A DNA stretch of 64,000 nucleotides, taken from NCBI GenBank assembly GCA_964658305.1, contig OZ210885.1:24924001-24988000 (forward strand). Reading direction: 5' to 3'. The position numbers were made by a program, and so were the translations under genes. This document shows, piece by piece, positions 62,375-64,000 of the stretch (position 1 is the first letter of the stretch; every line of letters starts with the position of its first letter). This stretch comes from Leptogorgia sarmentosa (lineage: Eukaryota). The notes beneath the pieces were generated by a model that made no database searches, had not been told where the DNA came from, and worked only from the letters and a program-made list of their open reading frames with translations.

Positions 62375-62878
62375 TTACAACAATCTTTTACAACATTGAT
62401 TAAGGCCACTAGTTGGCTGTTTAAATGTAAAGTGAGCTTGAACAAAACGAAACACTTTTTTATCATTTAATTCGGAATCATTACTAAACATCTGCACGAT
62501 TTTTTTCATGCTAACACCGCGTGTTCTATGACTAAGATAAAATATACTATATTGTCCACAAACATCGGACCAGTTTCCCTGTAACTTGCGCTTGTTATAG
62601 TTCCATTCGTGAGAATGTTTTTTTAAAAAGTTCTTAAATTCTGTGTAATAATCGGGTGAATGGCCATAGCTGTCAAAAAATTCTCCTTCCCCCTCTGACG
62701 GAAAGTAAAAGGCTACCCAATGCGTTCCGGGTTTACTGCTCGGGTCCGTGTTGGCAACAAATCCACAAGGATATTTTTCCAGCGTTTGCGGTATTTTATT
62801 GCTAGGAAATACTCCGCAAAACATTTTGCGCGCAATAGGATCTTGTCCTAAAGCGTGTTTTATTTCAAAAGTGTTCAT
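62375..62878 (-). CDS. Adenain-like cysteine protease
   Basis: GTHWVAF, FFDSYG, LQ...SDVCGQY give the His-Asp-Gln-Cys catalytic pattern. Confidence 0.92.
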   Translation of the reverse strand: MNTFEIKHALGQDPIARKMFCGVFPSNKIPQTLEKYPCGFVANTDPSSKPGTHWVAFYFPSEGEGEFFDSYGHSPDYYTEFKNFLKKHSHEWNYNKRKLQGNWSDVCGQYSIFYLSHRTRGVSMKKIVQMFSNDSELNDKKVFRFVQAHFTFKQPTSGLNQCCKRLL

Positions 62879-64000
62879 CCTGAGTAATCGTAGATCACGT
62901 TTCTCTCCGAGTCGACATGTATGGTATTTTCAAATTCTCCGTAACATACCACGCTTACGGCATTTGCGGGTGCGTTGCCGAACTGGATCTCAATGGCAAG
63001 ATTTCCTTTTTGCACGACATTAAAATGAGCTGAGGATCCACACATGTCTGGCGTCAAATTGAAGGCGTATAGGGTGTAGCCATTTGGGTATTCCTGGCGC
63101 AAAATATCGTTGCCTGTGTTGTAATACATTTTTCCCGTACCGGAAAACAACGTGTTGTAGGCTTCGATGAATCTGGGGGTCGCCGCAGCATAGGAAAGCT
63201 GAAGAGGTCTGAACGGAATTTCTTCCCCATTGACACTAATTCCAACAGAGGTCACGCCGAAATTCTTAAAATTAAAGGGGTTTTTGGTGTACAGGCTGTT
63301 GTACGCATCGCTGTCGACCAAACCAAAAACAAACGTTTTCGGCACCAGGCCGTTGAAAACGTTATCCTTTCTTAGGGAAGGATTACCGCCAGGGACAATG
63401 AAACTTTTGCATTCCACGCGGCGAATGGGATAAATGGCTGGTCCTTTTCGCAGGGCCAGTTCGTGAGCCACAACAACGCTTGGGCTAACTTTTACCTTTC
63501 GTATCTTGAGATAGGCATCGGTTAACTTTACTCTAAAATCGGGATTAGCAGCAGAGGCAATGAGACAAAACTGCTGAATATTTCGATTGAGAACCAATTT
63601 CAGATCAACATAACTCAGCATAAGTCGATCTGTCATAAACACATCGCAAAATATTGGCCCTGCCATCTCAATGGATTTGCTTTCCTTGCTAAATTCATAT
63701 CTTTTGTTTAAGGCTGTATTAGCATCCACAGCAGCCTCTACAGGATTGGCCACGTCCATTTTTCCTGCTTTGTCTTTGTAAAACATGGCTGCCGTAAGCT
63801 GGGAGTCTTTGGCTGCAGGACCATAGTTGAGAAGGGTTTCCAAATACGCACGATACGCATAGGTGCTTGTTGCTTGCGTCACCTGCTTTTCTTTCAAAAA
63901 TACATCAACTTGTTTGAATAGACTATGTAGGAAATTATTGACGATTCCTACTTCTTCGTTTCAATCAAGATTGGCTCCGTTTGCTTTTGTTACTTTTGCT
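62875..64000 (-). CDS. Polinton major capsid protein, C-terminal part; in-frame TGA at 63961-63963
   Basis: NNFLHSLFKQVDV, YAYRAYLETLLNY, NPFNF, GYTLYAFNLTPD; adjacent to the protease. Confidence 0.85.

Larger units (their letters stand above)
31827..64000. mobile_element. Polinton/Maverick (endogenous virus-like element), left part, heavily interrupted
   Basis: Putative AGTAG terminus where the hAT fragment breaks. ATTAG(C/T)ATGC repeats continue across insertions (31860, 34525, 45430). ATPase, protease and capsid genes at 60325-64000. The terminus is inferred because the right TIR is outside the window. Confidence 0.7.

Overview
Eukaryotic, AT-rich DNA with GT-AG introns, almost entirely nested mobile elements. 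The element mix resembles marine invertebrate (cnidarian-like) genomes; this is inference. Left half: MITE-like hairpins, a 122-bp tandem array, a phase-consistent spliced minus-strand gene (6186-10981), and a decayed hAT-like transposase gene (13115-25030). That gene is interrupted by a Bel/Pao LTR retrotransposon with an intact ORF, a 2A-peptide/peptidase-C76 fragment and an in-frame 75-bp MITE. A ZMYM1-type hAT and Tc1/Pao/hAT fragments follow. Right half: a Polinton/Maverick appears to start at ~31827 and runs off the window, encoding a packaging ATPase, adenain-like protease, major capsid protein and a candidate Bcl-2-like ORF. About 870 bp of its left end carry five insertions totalling ~27 kb, each bounded by a readable direct repeat. 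These are a 2.6-kb foldback (9 bp), an IS3EU-like element with HECT-E3 cargo (6 bp), a hAT (8 bp), a 9.9-kb tyrosine-recombinase element (5 bp AGGGC), and a second IS3EU-like element with alpha-kinase cargo (6 bp). Removing the last two restores a GRF-zinc-finger-like ORF. Coordinates were read by hand and may be off by a few bases. Family names rest on motif recognition, not database searches.
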